DNA of 64,000 nucleotides from Candidatus Methylomirabilota bacterium (GCA_035762565.1 DASTOJ010000015.1:11028-75027); one strand, 5' to 3'. Positions 34,017 through 43,032 are shown, numbered from the stretch's first letter. The notes: generated by a model from the sequence alone, not told the origin. Made by a program: numbers and translations.

Positions 34017-34684
34017 GCCGCCTCCTCCCCGAACGCATACGGCAGCCAGGGCCCGCTCACGCTGACGCGCCACGGCGCCAGCGCGGCGCGCGCCGAATCG
34101 ACCTCTTCGACGTAGCGCCCACAGGCACCGCGCTCCACCAGGTGCTGCACCGTGGCCAGCAGCGGGGGCCGGTCGTGCCGCTCGGCCCGCTCCTCCCGCA
34201 CCAGGCCGCCGAGGCGCCGGCGCAGCGGGTCCAGCTCGGGGACGCTGCGGGCGCGCTCGTGGGCCCGCCGCCGGGCGTCGAGGTAGCGCGTGCCGGGGCC
34301 GCCCCCGGCGCTCTCGAACGACACCGCGGGCGCCGCCTCACCCCACACGCGCAGGGTCATCTGCTCGCACCCGGCCACACGGCCGAGCGCGCGCGCGAGC
34401 TGCGGGCGCCGGGGGGCCAGCGCCTCGGCCAGCGCGGCGTCGTTCGCCACGAGCGTGCCGAAGCGCACGGGCAGGATCGCGTCGATCCCGGCCGCCAGGC
34501 GGCGCAGCACCGTGTCCTGGGCCCGGAGCGTGAGCGCGCTTGGCGTCGGCGGCTCCGCGACGTCGCCCACCAGGGCGACCAGGCCGGCGACCGCGACGAG
34601 CCGCAACGGCTCGGCGCAGACCCCGACGCCGGCCTCGCACGCCGGCGGTCCGCTCAGCAGCGCGTAGAGATACACGCGGGTCAT
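34013..34684 (-). CDS. Gas vesicle protein, GvpL/GvpF family (copy 3)
   Basis: MTRVYLYALL...LVALVGDV...AQDTVLRRL..ILPVRFGTLV...EQMTLRV...GPWLPYAF. ATG 34684 overlaps the upstream stop (ATGA). Confidence 0.8.
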   Translation of the reverse strand: MTRVYLYALLSGPPACEAGVGVCAEPLRLVAVAGLVALVGDVAEPPTPSALTLRAQDTVLRRLAAGIDAILPVRFGTLVANDAALAEALAPRRPQLARALGRVAGCEQMTLRVWGEAAPAVSFESAGGGPGTRYLDARRRAHERARSVPELDPLRRRLGGLVREERAERHDRPPLLATVQHLVERGACGRYVEEVDSARAALAPWRVSVSGPWLPYAFGEEAA

Positions 34685-34884
34685 GGTCGCCGGTGGCGCT
34701 CGCCCGAAACGCGGTCGGCCGCGCAGAGGATCGCCTGCAGGCGCAGGTAGATCAGGTCCACACCGGCGAGGCCCAGCACTACCTCGCCGGAGACCACCAC
34801 CCCGCGGGTGAGCAGGTTGTCGACGAGATCGAGCAGGGAATCGTCGGCGGTCTCCAGGATCTCGGCCGCCGCCCGTGGCTTCAT
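34681..34884 (-). CDS. Small GvpA-family protein (GvpS/GvpM-like)
   Basis: 67 aa: SLLDLVDNLLTRGVVVSGEVVLGLAGVDLIYLRLQAILCAAD matches the GvpA-family core (L.D..D..L.kG.V..g...v.l.gv.L..l.l). ATGA overlaps at both ends. Confidence 0.75.
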   Translation of the reverse strand: MKPRAAAEILETADDSLLDLVDNLLTRGVVVSGEVVLGLAGVDLIYLRLQAILCAADRVSGERHRRP

Positions 34885-35669
34885 CGGCCATCGCTCACGA
34901 AGTTGTAGGCCGGCCAGGGACCGGTCAGGCTGAGCCGGTAGCCGCGCGTGGCGAGCGCGGCCGCGGTGCGCCGGGCGGCGCGCCGGAACCCGACCGTCCG
35001 GCGGGCGTCGACCAGCAACGCCGCGTCCAGCACGACGCGGGTGCCGTCCAGCTCGGTCGTCGACCGCCGCCGCGTGGCGTCGGCGAGGCCCGCCAGCGCC
35101 GCGAACGCGTCCTCGACGGCCACCCGCCCCTCGCGCACCACCTCGCGGGTGACGTCCCGCTCGTGCTTCTTCGCCAGCAGGAAGCGCGTCCCCTCCCGGC
35201 GGGGCGCCGGCGCCGGCGGCCGCCGACGCCCGGCTCGCCGGCGGGCCAGCGCGACGTCCAGGCGCACGCGAACGCCCCACTCCCGGCGGCCGGCGACGCG
35301 CCCGAGGACCCGGCGCACCTGCGCCTCGGCACCCCGCACGTGGGCCACCGCGCGCTCGTCGGTGGTGAACAGCGTGAAGAGCTTCATCGGCACCGTCGTG
35401 AGCCGCCGCGCGAAGTGCTCGACCACGCGCGCGTGAGCCGCCCCCCGCACCGCCACCCACTCGAGGTCGCGCAGCCCCCGCTCGATCGGCCCGCTCCCGT
35501 ACAGCGCCAGCGGGGCGTCGGCCACGACGAGCCAGAGGCCGGCGGCCGCCGGCAGGATGCGGGGCTCGGCGGCACCGGGCACGCCGCGCGGCGCCCGCGC
35601 GAGCGAGGGCCGCCGGTCGGCCTCGACCAGGCAGTAGAGATAGGTGGCGGATCTCCGACCCGGGGTCAT
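34881..35669 (-). CDS. Gas vesicle protein, GvpL/GvpF family (copy 2)
   Basis: ATYLYCLVE...LWLVVADAP...HARVVEHF....VPMKLFTLF...EWGVRV...GPWPAYNF. ATG 35669 overlaps the ATPase stop (ATGA). Confidence 0.8.
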   Translation of the reverse strand: MTPGRRSATYLYCLVEADRRPSLARAPRGVPGAAEPRILPAAAGLWLVVADAPLALYGSGPIERGLRDLEWVAVRGAAHARVVEHFARRLTTVPMKLFTLFTTDERAVAHVRGAEAQVRRVLGRVAGRREWGVRVRLDVALARRRAGRRRPPAPAPRREGTRFLLAKKHERDVTREVVREGRVAVEDAFAALAGLADATRRRSTTELDGTRVVLDAALLVDARRTVGFRRAARRTAAALATRGYRLSLTGPWPAYNFVSDGR

Positions 35670-37660
35670 TCGTCGAGCTCCCACGAGCGCGTCCATCGCT
35701 CGAGCCCGGCCACGCCGCGGGGCGGCGGCGCCAGGGCCGGCGTCGAAATGATACTCCAGGGACGCCGTCGCGTCGCCCGCCGGCGCCGGAGCGCGGCGAG
35801 CATCCGCTGCTCCACCCGCCTGACCCGCCGGCAGCGCGGGCAGGCGCCGGCCGTGAGAGCGTTGACCAGCACCGCCGGGACGGCCACGTGCAGGCGGGCC
35901 AGCCGCGCGAGCAAGCGCCCGGTCTCCCGCTCGGGCAGCGCCGCCGCCCGTGTGACGGCGACCACGCGCGTGCGGCCGGCATCGGCCAGCAGCGCGCTCA
36001 GCTCGCGCAGGCGGCGCGCGGTGGCGACCAGCTCGGCGGCAACCTCGCCGAGACCCACGACCTCGCGGTACTTGAGCAGGATGGCCAGCAGCGCGTGCAC
36101 CCATGCCAGCGCCGTGGCCGGCATCTCCAGCAGGCGCAGCGCGTGCCCGGTCGGCGCCGTGTCGAGCACGACGACGTCGTGGGGAGGCTGCCTTTCGACC
36201 AGCGCCTCGACGAGGGACAGCACGGCGAACAGCTCGTCGAGGCCGGGCGGGGCCAGGTCCATGAGGCCGTGCAGCGCCTCGCGGTCGTAGGCGACGTCGA
36301 AGCGCGAGCCGCTCAGCAACGAGTCGAAGGTGTCCTCCACCGCGCGGCGGTAGCGCTCGCGCGTGCGCGCCAGGGCGCGGTCGGCGTCCAGCTCGCGCGC
36401 CCGCAGCCCCGCCGGCGCCCCCGCCACTGCCCGCTCGTCGTCGCCGAGGTTCGCGCCGAGCGCGTCGCCCAGCGAGTGCGCGGGATCGGCGGAGAGCAGC
36501 AGCACCCGTGCTCCCGGCCGCCCCCGCGCCAGGGCGAGCGCCGCAGCCGTGGCGCAGGTCGTCTTGCCCACGCCGCCCTTGCCGGCGAAGACGAGCAGCC
36601 GTACGCCGGCTGGGGCGACGCGCCCGAGCCAGGCGGCGGCCGAGGCCCCGGCCGGTTTCACCGGGGGGTGACGTCCAGCGGGCGCCCCTCGAGAGACGCC
36701 ACGGTTCGCCGGGGGGGCGACGGTGCGCCCACGCAACAGGCGCGCGACGCTGCGCAACGCGGGGACGCCGTACGGCTCGCCTTCGAGAGCGGGGAGCTCC
36801 CGCAGCGGCAGGTCCGGGAACGCACGGCGCGTCTCGGCGAGGACGCGGGCCTCGGCCGCGCGGCGCCCTTCGCACAGCGCGCACGCGGCGCCGGGGGCCG
36901 GAGTCACGCGGTTGGCGACCAGCTCGCCGACCCTGATTCCCCCGGCGGCCAGCGCGGCGATGCCGTCGCGCGTCTCCTCGAGCGCCAGAGTCTCGGGCAA
37001 CAACAGCCAGGTGAAGCGGCAGCGCGAGGGGTCCCGCAGCAGCGCGCTCAGCCGGCGGCCGTCGGCGTCCAGCTCCGCGATCAGGCGGTCGGCGGCGTCG
37101 GCCCGGTAGCCGCCGCCGAGGCTGTCGGCGAGGAAGCGGTGCTTGGCGTACAGGTCGTTCAGCACCGAGGCGATGCGCTGCAGCGTCCGCGGCATGGCGA
37201 GCAGCCGGAGCGCATGCCCCGTCGGCGCGGTGTCCACGACGACCAGCTCGTAGCCTCCGCGCCCGCCCAGGCGTGCCAGCTCCACGAGCGCCATCAGCTC
37301 GTCCACGCCGGGGAACGACAGCCGCAGCAACCGCTCGAGATCCTCGTCGTCGAGGTAGGTGCCGCGCTCCGCGATGCTCGCCAGCGTCCGCCGCCGCCGG
37401 GCCAGCCACCGCGCCAGCGCCCGGTCCGCATCCAGCTCGACGGCGTCCAGCGCCCCCGCGCGAACGGGCACCCGCCGCGGCGCCGGCCCCAGCGCCCGGC
37501 CGACCGCGTCACCCAGCGAGTGGGCGGGGTCCGTCGAGATCACCACCACGCGCGCCCCTCTCTCCGCCGCCGCCAGGGCCGTCGCCGCCGCGCACGTCGT
37601 CTTCCCCACCCCGCCCTTTCCCGCAAAGAACTGCAGGCAGGGCGTGCCGCGCCGGCTCAC
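35666..37660 (-). CDS. Tandem (pseudo-dimeric) Get3/ArsA-family P-loop ATPase
   Basis: Two homologous halves each carry GKGGVGKTT (37602-37622; 36563-36583), (S/A)(T/A)DPAHSLGDA, DTAPTGHALRLL and a late CxxC (CALC 36872-36883; CPRC 35831-35842). GTG 37660 overlaps the gvpG stop. Confidence 0.85.
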   Translation of the reverse strand: MSRRGTPCLQFFAGKGGVGKTTCAAATALAAAERGARVVVISTDPAHSLGDAVGRALGPAPRRVPVRAGALDAVELDADRALARWLARRRRTLASIAERGTYLDDEDLERLLRLSFPGVDELMALVELARLGGRGGYELVVVDTAPTGHALRLLAMPRTLQRIASVLNDLYAKHRFLADSLGGGYRADAADRLIAELDADGRRLSALLRDPSRCRFTWLLLPETLALEETRDGIAALAAGGIRVGELVANRVTPAPGAACALCEGRRAAEARVLAETRRAFPDLPLRELPALEGEPYGVPALRSVARLLRGRTVAPPANRGVSRGAPAGRHPPVKPAGASAAAWLGRVAPAGVRLLVFAGKGGVGKTTCATAAALALARGRPGARVLLLSADPAHSLGDALGANLGDDERAVAGAPAGLRARELDADRALARTRERYRRAVEDTFDSLLSGSRFDVAYDREALHGLMDLAPPGLDELFAVLSLVEALVERQPPHDVVVLDTAPTGHALRLLEMPATALAWVHALLAILLKYREVVGLGEVAAELVATARRLRELSALLADAGRTRVVAVTRAAALPERETGRLLARLARLHVAVPAVLVNALTAGACPRCRRVRRVEQRMLAALRRRRATRRRPWSIISTPALAPPPRGVAGLERWTRSWELDE

Positions 37661-37971
37661 CGCGCCCGCGGGCCGTCGGGCGGCTCCGGCTCGACGTCGC
37701 CGGCGATGCTGACGTCGACGCCCGTGATCCGCCCCGGGCCCGCCGCCTCGCCCTCCGCCCGCGCGCGGATCTCGCGCAGTCGCGCCAGGAGGTCGCGCTC
37801 GAGCGCGGCGAATTCTTCCGCGCTCAGCTCGCCCAGCTCCAGGCGCATCTGGGCGGCCAGCAGCTCCTCCCGCAGCGCGTCGACGTCGTTGAGCTGGGCG
37901 TCGACCGCCTCGGCGATGCGGCGGAGCACGAACTTGAGCCCGCCGATGACGAGCGTGTCGAGGATGATCAC
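37657..37971 (-). CDS. gvpG: Gas vesicle protein GvpG
   Basis: 104 aa: hydrophobic N-terminus (IILDTLVIGGLKFVLRRIAEAV), then a charged helix (LREELLAAQMRLELGELSAEEFAALERDLLARL), as in GvpG. Confidence 0.75.
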   Translation of the reverse strand: MIILDTLVIGGLKFVLRRIAEAVDAQLNDVDALREELLAAQMRLELGELSAEEFAALERDLLARLREIRARAEGEAAGPGRITGVDVSIAGDVEPEPPDGPRAR

Positions 37972-39527
37972 GCCGGCGCGTCATCGGCGCGGCCGGCCAG
38001 GAGACCGACCACTGCCACCAGCTCGGTCACGGCCACCGGCTTCGGCACGTGCGCGTCGTAGCCGGCGTCGAGCGCGCGGCTGCGGTCCTCGACCCGCGGG
38101 TAGGCGGTGAGCGCCACCGCCGGGGTACGGCGCCCGTGCGCGGAATCGAGCGCGCGCACCTGCTGGATCAGGTCGTAGCCGTCCTCGCCGGGAAGGCGCA
38201 GATCGGACACGAGGACGTGCGGCGCCTCGCGCTGCAAGAGGGCCATCGCCTCGCGGGCGGAGCCGGCGACGGTGACGCGGGCTCCGTAGTGCCCGAGGGT
38301 GACCTCGCACCACTCGCGTGCGGTGGGCTCGTCGTCGACCACCAGCACGCGCAGTCCCTGGAGCGCCGTCGACGCCGGCTCCGGCGGTGCGGCCGCCGGC
38401 TCGACGCCGAGCGTCGCGGGCGGCGCCAGCGGGAGCGACACGCTGAAGGTGGCCCCCAGCCCCTCGCCGTCGCTGTCGGCCCTGATCGTGCCGCCGTGCA
38501 GCTCGACGATGTGGCGCGCGATCGCGAGGCCCAGGCCGAGCCCGGCCCCCCCGCGTGGGCCGTCCGCACCCTGGGAGAACCGGTCGAACACGTGAGGCAG
38601 GAAGGCGGGGACGATTCCCTGGCCGGTGTCGCGCACGACGACGCGGACGCCGGACGCCGCCGGATCGAGCCGGACGCTGATGCGGCCCTTCTCCGGCGTG
38701 AACTTGATGGCGTTGGAGAGCAGGTTCCAGACCACCTGCTGCAGGCGCTCGGCGTCGCCGCGCACGGCGCCCGCCGCGGGGTCGAGCGTCAGGTCGAGGT
38801 CGATCGACTTGGCGCTGGCGGCCGGCTGCACCGCGCCGACGGCGGCCTCGATCACCGACGCCAGGTCGATCTCCCGTACCGTCAGGCGGACCTTGCCGGT
38901 GATGATCCGCGAGACGTCGAGCAGGTCCTCGATGAGCTGGGCCAGCGCCTTGGCGTTGCGGTCGATGGTCTCCAGCGCCGTGACCCGTCGCGCGTCGTCC
39001 AGATCTCCGCGGCGCAGCCACCACGTCCAGCCGACCAGCGCGTTGAGCGGCGTCCGCAGCTCGTGGGAGAGCGTGGCCAGGAACTCGTCCTTGCCCCGGC
39101 TCGCCGCCTCGGCGATCTCCCGCGCGGCTTTCTCGGCGACCAGCAGCTCCTGGCGCGACCGGGCCAGGGCCTCCGCGCGTTCCTGGGACCGGCGCGCGCG
39201 CTGGTACAGCGAGGCGACGAGCAAGGCCACCACGACGAACGAGACGCCCCGCACGACCATGCCCGGCGTGACGACATGCAGCGGCGGCACGAAGAACCAC
39301 TCGGTGACGACGGCGGCCAGACCGGTGGCCAGCAGCCCTGGCCCCAGGCCGCCGAACCAGGAGCTGATCGCGACGGCGGCGAAGAACAGCGGCGTGCCGC
39401 TCGGCTGGATCAGGGGCCAGAGGAGCTCGGTCAGCAGCGCGGCGCCGGCGACCGACCCGGCGGCGACCGCGTAGCCGGACGCCGGTCCGGTGCCCGGTGC
39501 CTCATCGGTCGCCGCGGCCACGCTCAT
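37968..39527 (-). CDS. Hybrid histidine kinase (DUF4118-like membrane domain, HisKA, HATPase_c, REC)
   Basis: 519 aa. LSHELRTPLNALVGW, GLGLGLAIARHIVELHGG, receiver VLVSDLRLPGEDGYD...VPKP. Its stop overlaps the gvpG GTG. Confidence 0.9.
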   Translation of the reverse strand: MSVAAATDEAPGTGPASGYAVAAGSVAGAALLTELLWPLIQPSGTPLFFAAVAISSWFGGLGPGLLATGLAAVVTEWFFVPPLHVVTPGMVVRGVSFVVVALLVASLYQRARRSQERAEALARSRQELLVAEKAAREIAEAASRGKDEFLATLSHELRTPLNALVGWTWWLRRGDLDDARRVTALETIDRNAKALAQLIEDLLDVSRIITGKVRLTVREIDLASVIEAAVGAVQPAASAKSIDLDLTLDPAAGAVRGDAERLQQVVWNLLSNAIKFTPEKGRISVRLDPAASGVRVVVRDTGQGIVPAFLPHVFDRFSQGADGPRGGAGLGLGLAIARHIVELHGGTIRADSDGEGLGATFSVSLPLAPPATLGVEPAAAPPEPASTALQGLRVLVVDDEPTAREWCEVTLGHYGARVTVAGSAREAMALLQREAPHVLVSDLRLPGEDGYDLIQQVRALDSAHGRRTPAVALTAYPRVEDRSRALDAGYDAHVPKPVAVTELVAVVGLLAGRADDAPA

Positions 39528-39533
39528 CGCGGG

Positions 39534-40457
39534 CTACTTCGCCCGCTCCAGCTTCAGGCGGATGTTGACGAAGTTGTAGGGGGGCCACGGGCCCGTGTAG
39601 CGGAACGTCAGCGTCTCGTACCGGGCGCCCAGCGCCTTCACGCGGCCGTCGAACGCCGCCTCCCGCGCGCGCTCGACCAGGAATGCCGCGTTCAGGATCA
39701 TCTTGTCGCCGATGGGCTTGTTGGCCCGGGAGGCCACGCACACGTCGCGCAGGGCCTCGAAGATCTCGGCGACGTACTGCTCGGAGCGGCTCTGGATCGC
39801 GCCGTCCACCAGTCGGCCGTACTGCACCCGGGCGAAGTAGGTCGAGCCCTTCTGGGTGGCGATCTCGCTCTTGAGCCGCCGGATGTCCTCGTCGTCGTGC
39901 TCGATGTGCCGGATCATGGCGTCACGGTCCCACAGCACCTTCAGCCCGAACTCGACCTTGTTCTCCATCTTGGCGAGCACGTCCCGGAACGCGCCGTGAG
40001 CCCCGCGCAGCAGCTCCACGATGTCGTCGCGCGTCTTGAACACGGTGCCGAACGACATGGGAATGACGGTCTGGTACTTCATGACCGCCTCGTTCACCCG
40101 CTCGTGCGCCAGCACGTTCTCGCGGGTGGCGTCGAGCACTTCCATCGGGGCGTCGGACACGACGGCGGCGATGTCCTCGTAGAGCACCGTGTAGACCTCC
40201 CCGGGTGGGGAGCCGAAGCCGATCGGCCCGAACCGCAGGGCCTCGTCCGCGTTCACGATGCAGTACACGTACTTGCCGCGCCTGTCGGAGGACGCCGGCG
40301 GCCCCCCCGGCGTGCGGGTGGCGCCCGCCGGCAGGTGCGAGCCGGGCGTCGCCTCGCGGATGACGCGCGACTCCACCGGCTCCGGCGAGGACCGGGCGGG
40401 CTTGGCCTCCCGGGCGGCCGTCCTGGCCCGGGTGGTCCGCTTTACCGTGCGGCTCAT
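39534..40457 (-). CDS. gvpF: Gas vesicle protein GvpF (copy 1, with ~60-aa basic/Pro-rich N-terminal extension)
   Basis: KYVYCIVNADE...YEDIAAVVSD...HERVNEAVMKYQTVIPMSFGTVF...VEFGLKV...GPWPPYNFV. ATG 40457 overlaps the response-regulator stop. Confidence 0.85.
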   Translation of the reverse strand: MSRTVKRTTRARTAAREAKPARSSPEPVESRVIREATPGSHLPAGATRTPGGPPASSDRRGKYVYCIVNADEALRFGPIGFGSPPGEVYTVLYEDIAAVVSDAPMEVLDATRENVLAHERVNEAVMKYQTVIPMSFGTVFKTRDDIVELLRGAHGAFRDVLAKMENKVEFGLKVLWDRDAMIRHIEHDDEDIRRLKSEIATQKGSTYFARVQYGRLVDGAIQSRSEQYVAEIFEALRDVCVASRANKPIGDKMILNAAFLVERAREAAFDGRVKALGARYETLTFRYTGPWPPYNFVNIRLKLERAK

Positions 40458-40867
40458 GATGTCGATTCCCCCGGGCGTGGGCGGCGGCCGGCGAGGATCG
40501 CGCGGATCTCGTCGAGCAGCCGCTCCGGCAGGCATGGCTTGGTGATGAATGCGTCGCAGCCTGCGTCGAACGCCCCCTTGGAGTGGCCGGCCAGCGCGTG
40601 GCCGGTGAGCGCGATCACCGGGATGTCCCGGGTGCGCGGGTCGTGCTTGAGTCGCCGGGTCGCCTCCCAGCCGTCGAGGCCGGGCAGCGAGAGGTCCATC
40701 ACGATCACGTCGGGCCTGAGGGTGAAGGCCTTGTCGAGCGCCTGGTGGCCGTTCTCGGCCTCCTCCACCCGGAGCCCCGAGTAGGTCAGGAACTGCACGT
40801 AGATGTCGCGGTTGTCGGCATAGTCGTCGACCAGCAGCACCAGCGTCGCCGGCGCGGCGGGCGTCAT
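40454..40867 (-). CDS. Single-domain (REC-only, CheY-like) response regulator
   Basis: LLVDDYADNRD...VIVMDLSLPGLDGWE...ALTGHA...FITKP; 137 aa, no output domain. Confidence 0.9.
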   Translation of the reverse strand: MTPAAPATLVLLVDDYADNRDIYVQFLTYSGLRVEEAENGHQALDKAFTLRPDVIVMDLSLPGLDGWEATRRLKHDPRTRDIPVIALTGHALAGHSKGAFDAGCDAFITKPCLPERLLDEIRAILAGRRPRPGESTS

Positions 40868-43029
40868 CCTGAGTCCTTCGGCGCCCGCGGCAACGCCAGG
40901 GTGAACGTCGAGCCCTCGCCGAGCGCGCTGCGCACGCTCAGCTCGCCGTCCAGCATCGAGGCGAGCCGCCGGCAGATGGCGAGCCCGAGGCCGGCGCCGG
41001 TGTACTGGCGGGTCGGCGAGTCGTCCGCCTGGCGGAAATCCTCGAAGATCACCGTCTGGTCCTTGGCGGAGATGCCGATGCCGCTGTCGGCCACGGCGAT
41101 GGCCACCCGCCCGGTGTTCGGATCCGCGGCGGCCGTCACTCTGACCCAGCCTTCCGGCGTGAACTTGAGCGCATTTGTGAGCAGATTGATGACGATCTGC
41201 TTGACCTTCTGGCGGTCGCTCCGAAGCGGCGGCAACGCGCGGTCCACCCGGGTCGCGACCTCGAGCTGGCTGCGGGCGATGAGCGGCTCCACCTCGGCCA
41301 GCACCTCGTCGACGAGGTCGGGGATCGGGAAGTCGGCCAGCGTCAGCGGCATCTTCCCGGCCTCGATGCGGGTGATGTCCAGGATGTCGTTGATGATCGA
41401 CAGCAGGTGCTGCGAGTTGGAGTCGATCCGCTCCAGGTTGCGGCGCTGGGCGGACGTCATCTCGCCCGACACGCCCTTGAGCAGCATGCTGGTGTAGCCG
41501 AGGATCGCGTTGAGTGGCGTGCGGAACTCGTGCGACATGTTGGCGAGGAACTGCGACTTCAGCGCCGAGGCCTGCTCCAGCGCGATGTGTGAGCGCCGCA
41601 GCAGCTCGTTCTGGCGGACCAGCTCGGCGGTGGCCTGCCGGACCTTCACCTCCAGCTCGGCCGAGACCTTCTTCAGCTCCTCGTACAGGCGGGCGCGCTC
41701 CAGCTCCTCGGTGCGGTCGTGCAGGATGGTCACCACCGCGGTGACCTCGCCGTGCTCGGAGACGATCTTGCCGGAGATCGCCTCCATCGGCAGGGCGGCG
41801 CCCGTGCCCGGATCGACGAGGCTGATGCGGCCGCTGCGGCGCCGGCTGTCGCCCTCGAAGAACAGGTTGGAGACGAACGAGGAGAAGTGCGCGTCGTTGG
41901 CCTGCACCAGGCGCTGGGCCTCCGCGCTGGCGGCCTCCGGGGCCACCGTGAACAGGTGCTCGGCCGGCGCGTTCATCAGCACGGTGTTGCCGCCAGGATC
42001 GGTGACCAGGATCGGATCGGCCACCGAGTCGATGACCAGGTCGAGCCGGTCGCGCTCGGCCCGGGCGTCCGCCTCGGTCTGCCGGAGCTTGCGGTAGTTC
42101 TCCTCCAGCTCGGCGGTCGCCCGTTGCAGGTCGGTGACGTTTCTCAGGATGGACACGATGCCGGTGCCTTCGCGAGCGTCGCTCGTCATAGTGCTCAGGA
42201 GCTCGAAGAGCAGATCGGAGCCGTCGACCGGGTCGACCAGCGGCACCTCGTGACGGGGCGCCTCCGCCCCCTCGATCGCCCGCCGGGTGAGCGCGGCCGA
42301 GAAGAGCATGTTGTTGAGCGCGACCGCCCGCCGGCGCCCCTCGCTCTGCTCGTCGTCGGTCGCCAGCAGAGCCTCGGCACGGGCGTTGGCGATGATGATG
42401 CGCCCCTCGCCGTCGGTGAGGAGGATGGGGTCGGTCACCGCGTTGATGATGCTGGACAAGAGCCGGCGCTCGCGCTGCAAGCGCTGCCCCGATTCCTCCC
42501 GCCGGCGAGCCGCCACCAGCTCGGCCAGCCGGGGGCCCAGCACGCGGCCCAGCCAGCGGGCCTCGGCGACCACGGCCGGCGTCAGCGGCGTCACCAGCAG
42601 CAGGCCGGCGGGCAGGTCGCCCGCCCGGATCGGCGCCAGCGGGATGGCCTGCAGGTCAGTCTTGCCCAGGGGGGTCGCCGCGGCCCCGCTGCCGTTGCCG
42701 GCGATCAACACCGGGCTGGCCGACAGCAGCGCCCGCGTCAAGGGGTGGTCCCGCGCCTCGAGATCGACACTGAACTTCGCCGCCGCGCTGTCGCGCACAC
42801 CGAGGCTGGCCATGGGGATCAGGCGCGGGCCGTCGGTGGCGACGGCGGCCAGGCAGAGGCCCCGGCGGACGCCCGCCCGGCGCTGCAGCCACGACAGCGC
42901 GCGCTGCGCGCACTGCACGGGGTCGCCGGCGACGAGCAGGGCTTCCAGGAATTCCAAACGGCCGGCCACGCCGGCACCCGGCTGGACCCGGCGGCCGGCA
43001 CGTCCCGCCGCGGTCCGCACGGCGGGCAT
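40864..43029 (-). CDS. Cytoplasmic sensor histidine kinase (GAF-like N-terminus, 2x PAS, HisKA, HATPase_c)
   Basis: 721 aa, no TM segments. MSHEFRTPLNAILGY, NLLTNALKFT, DSGIGI, GAGLGLAICRRL. It begins 3 nt after the gvpA stop. Confidence 0.9.
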   Translation of the reverse strand: MPAVRTAAGRAGRRVQPGAGVAGRLEFLEALLVAGDPVQCAQRALSWLQRRAGVRRGLCLAAVATDGPRLIPMASLGVRDSAAAKFSVDLEARDHPLTRALLSASPVLIAGNGSGAAATPLGKTDLQAIPLAPIRAGDLPAGLLLVTPLTPAVVAEARWLGRVLGPRLAELVAARRREESGQRLQRERRLLSSIINAVTDPILLTDGEGRIIIANARAEALLATDDEQSEGRRRAVALNNMLFSAALTRRAIEGAEAPRHEVPLVDPVDGSDLLFELLSTMTSDAREGTGIVSILRNVTDLQRATAELEENYRKLRQTEADARAERDRLDLVIDSVADPILVTDPGGNTVLMNAPAEHLFTVAPEAASAEAQRLVQANDAHFSSFVSNLFFEGDSRRRSGRISLVDPGTGAALPMEAISGKIVSEHGEVTAVVTILHDRTEELERARLYEELKKVSAELEVKVRQATAELVRQNELLRRSHIALEQASALKSQFLANMSHEFRTPLNAILGYTSMLLKGVSGEMTSAQRRNLERIDSNSQHLLSIINDILDITRIEAGKMPLTLADFPIPDLVDEVLAEVEPLIARSQLEVATRVDRALPPLRSDRQKVKQIVINLLTNALKFTPEGWVRVTAAADPNTGRVAIAVADSGIGISAKDQTVIFEDFRQADDSPTRQYTGAGLGLAICRRLASMLDGELSVRSALGEGSTFTLALPRAPKDSG

Positions 43030-43032
43030 GGG

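Noticed and set aside
35666-37660. ArsA-family ATPase considered as part of an arsenic-resistance (ars) operon.
   Set aside because: There is no arsR, arsB/acr3, arsC or arsD in the window. The gene is start/stop-coupled to gvpG and gvpL. Its cysteines are Get3-type CxxC pairs rather than the ArsA metalloid-site arrangement, as I recall it.
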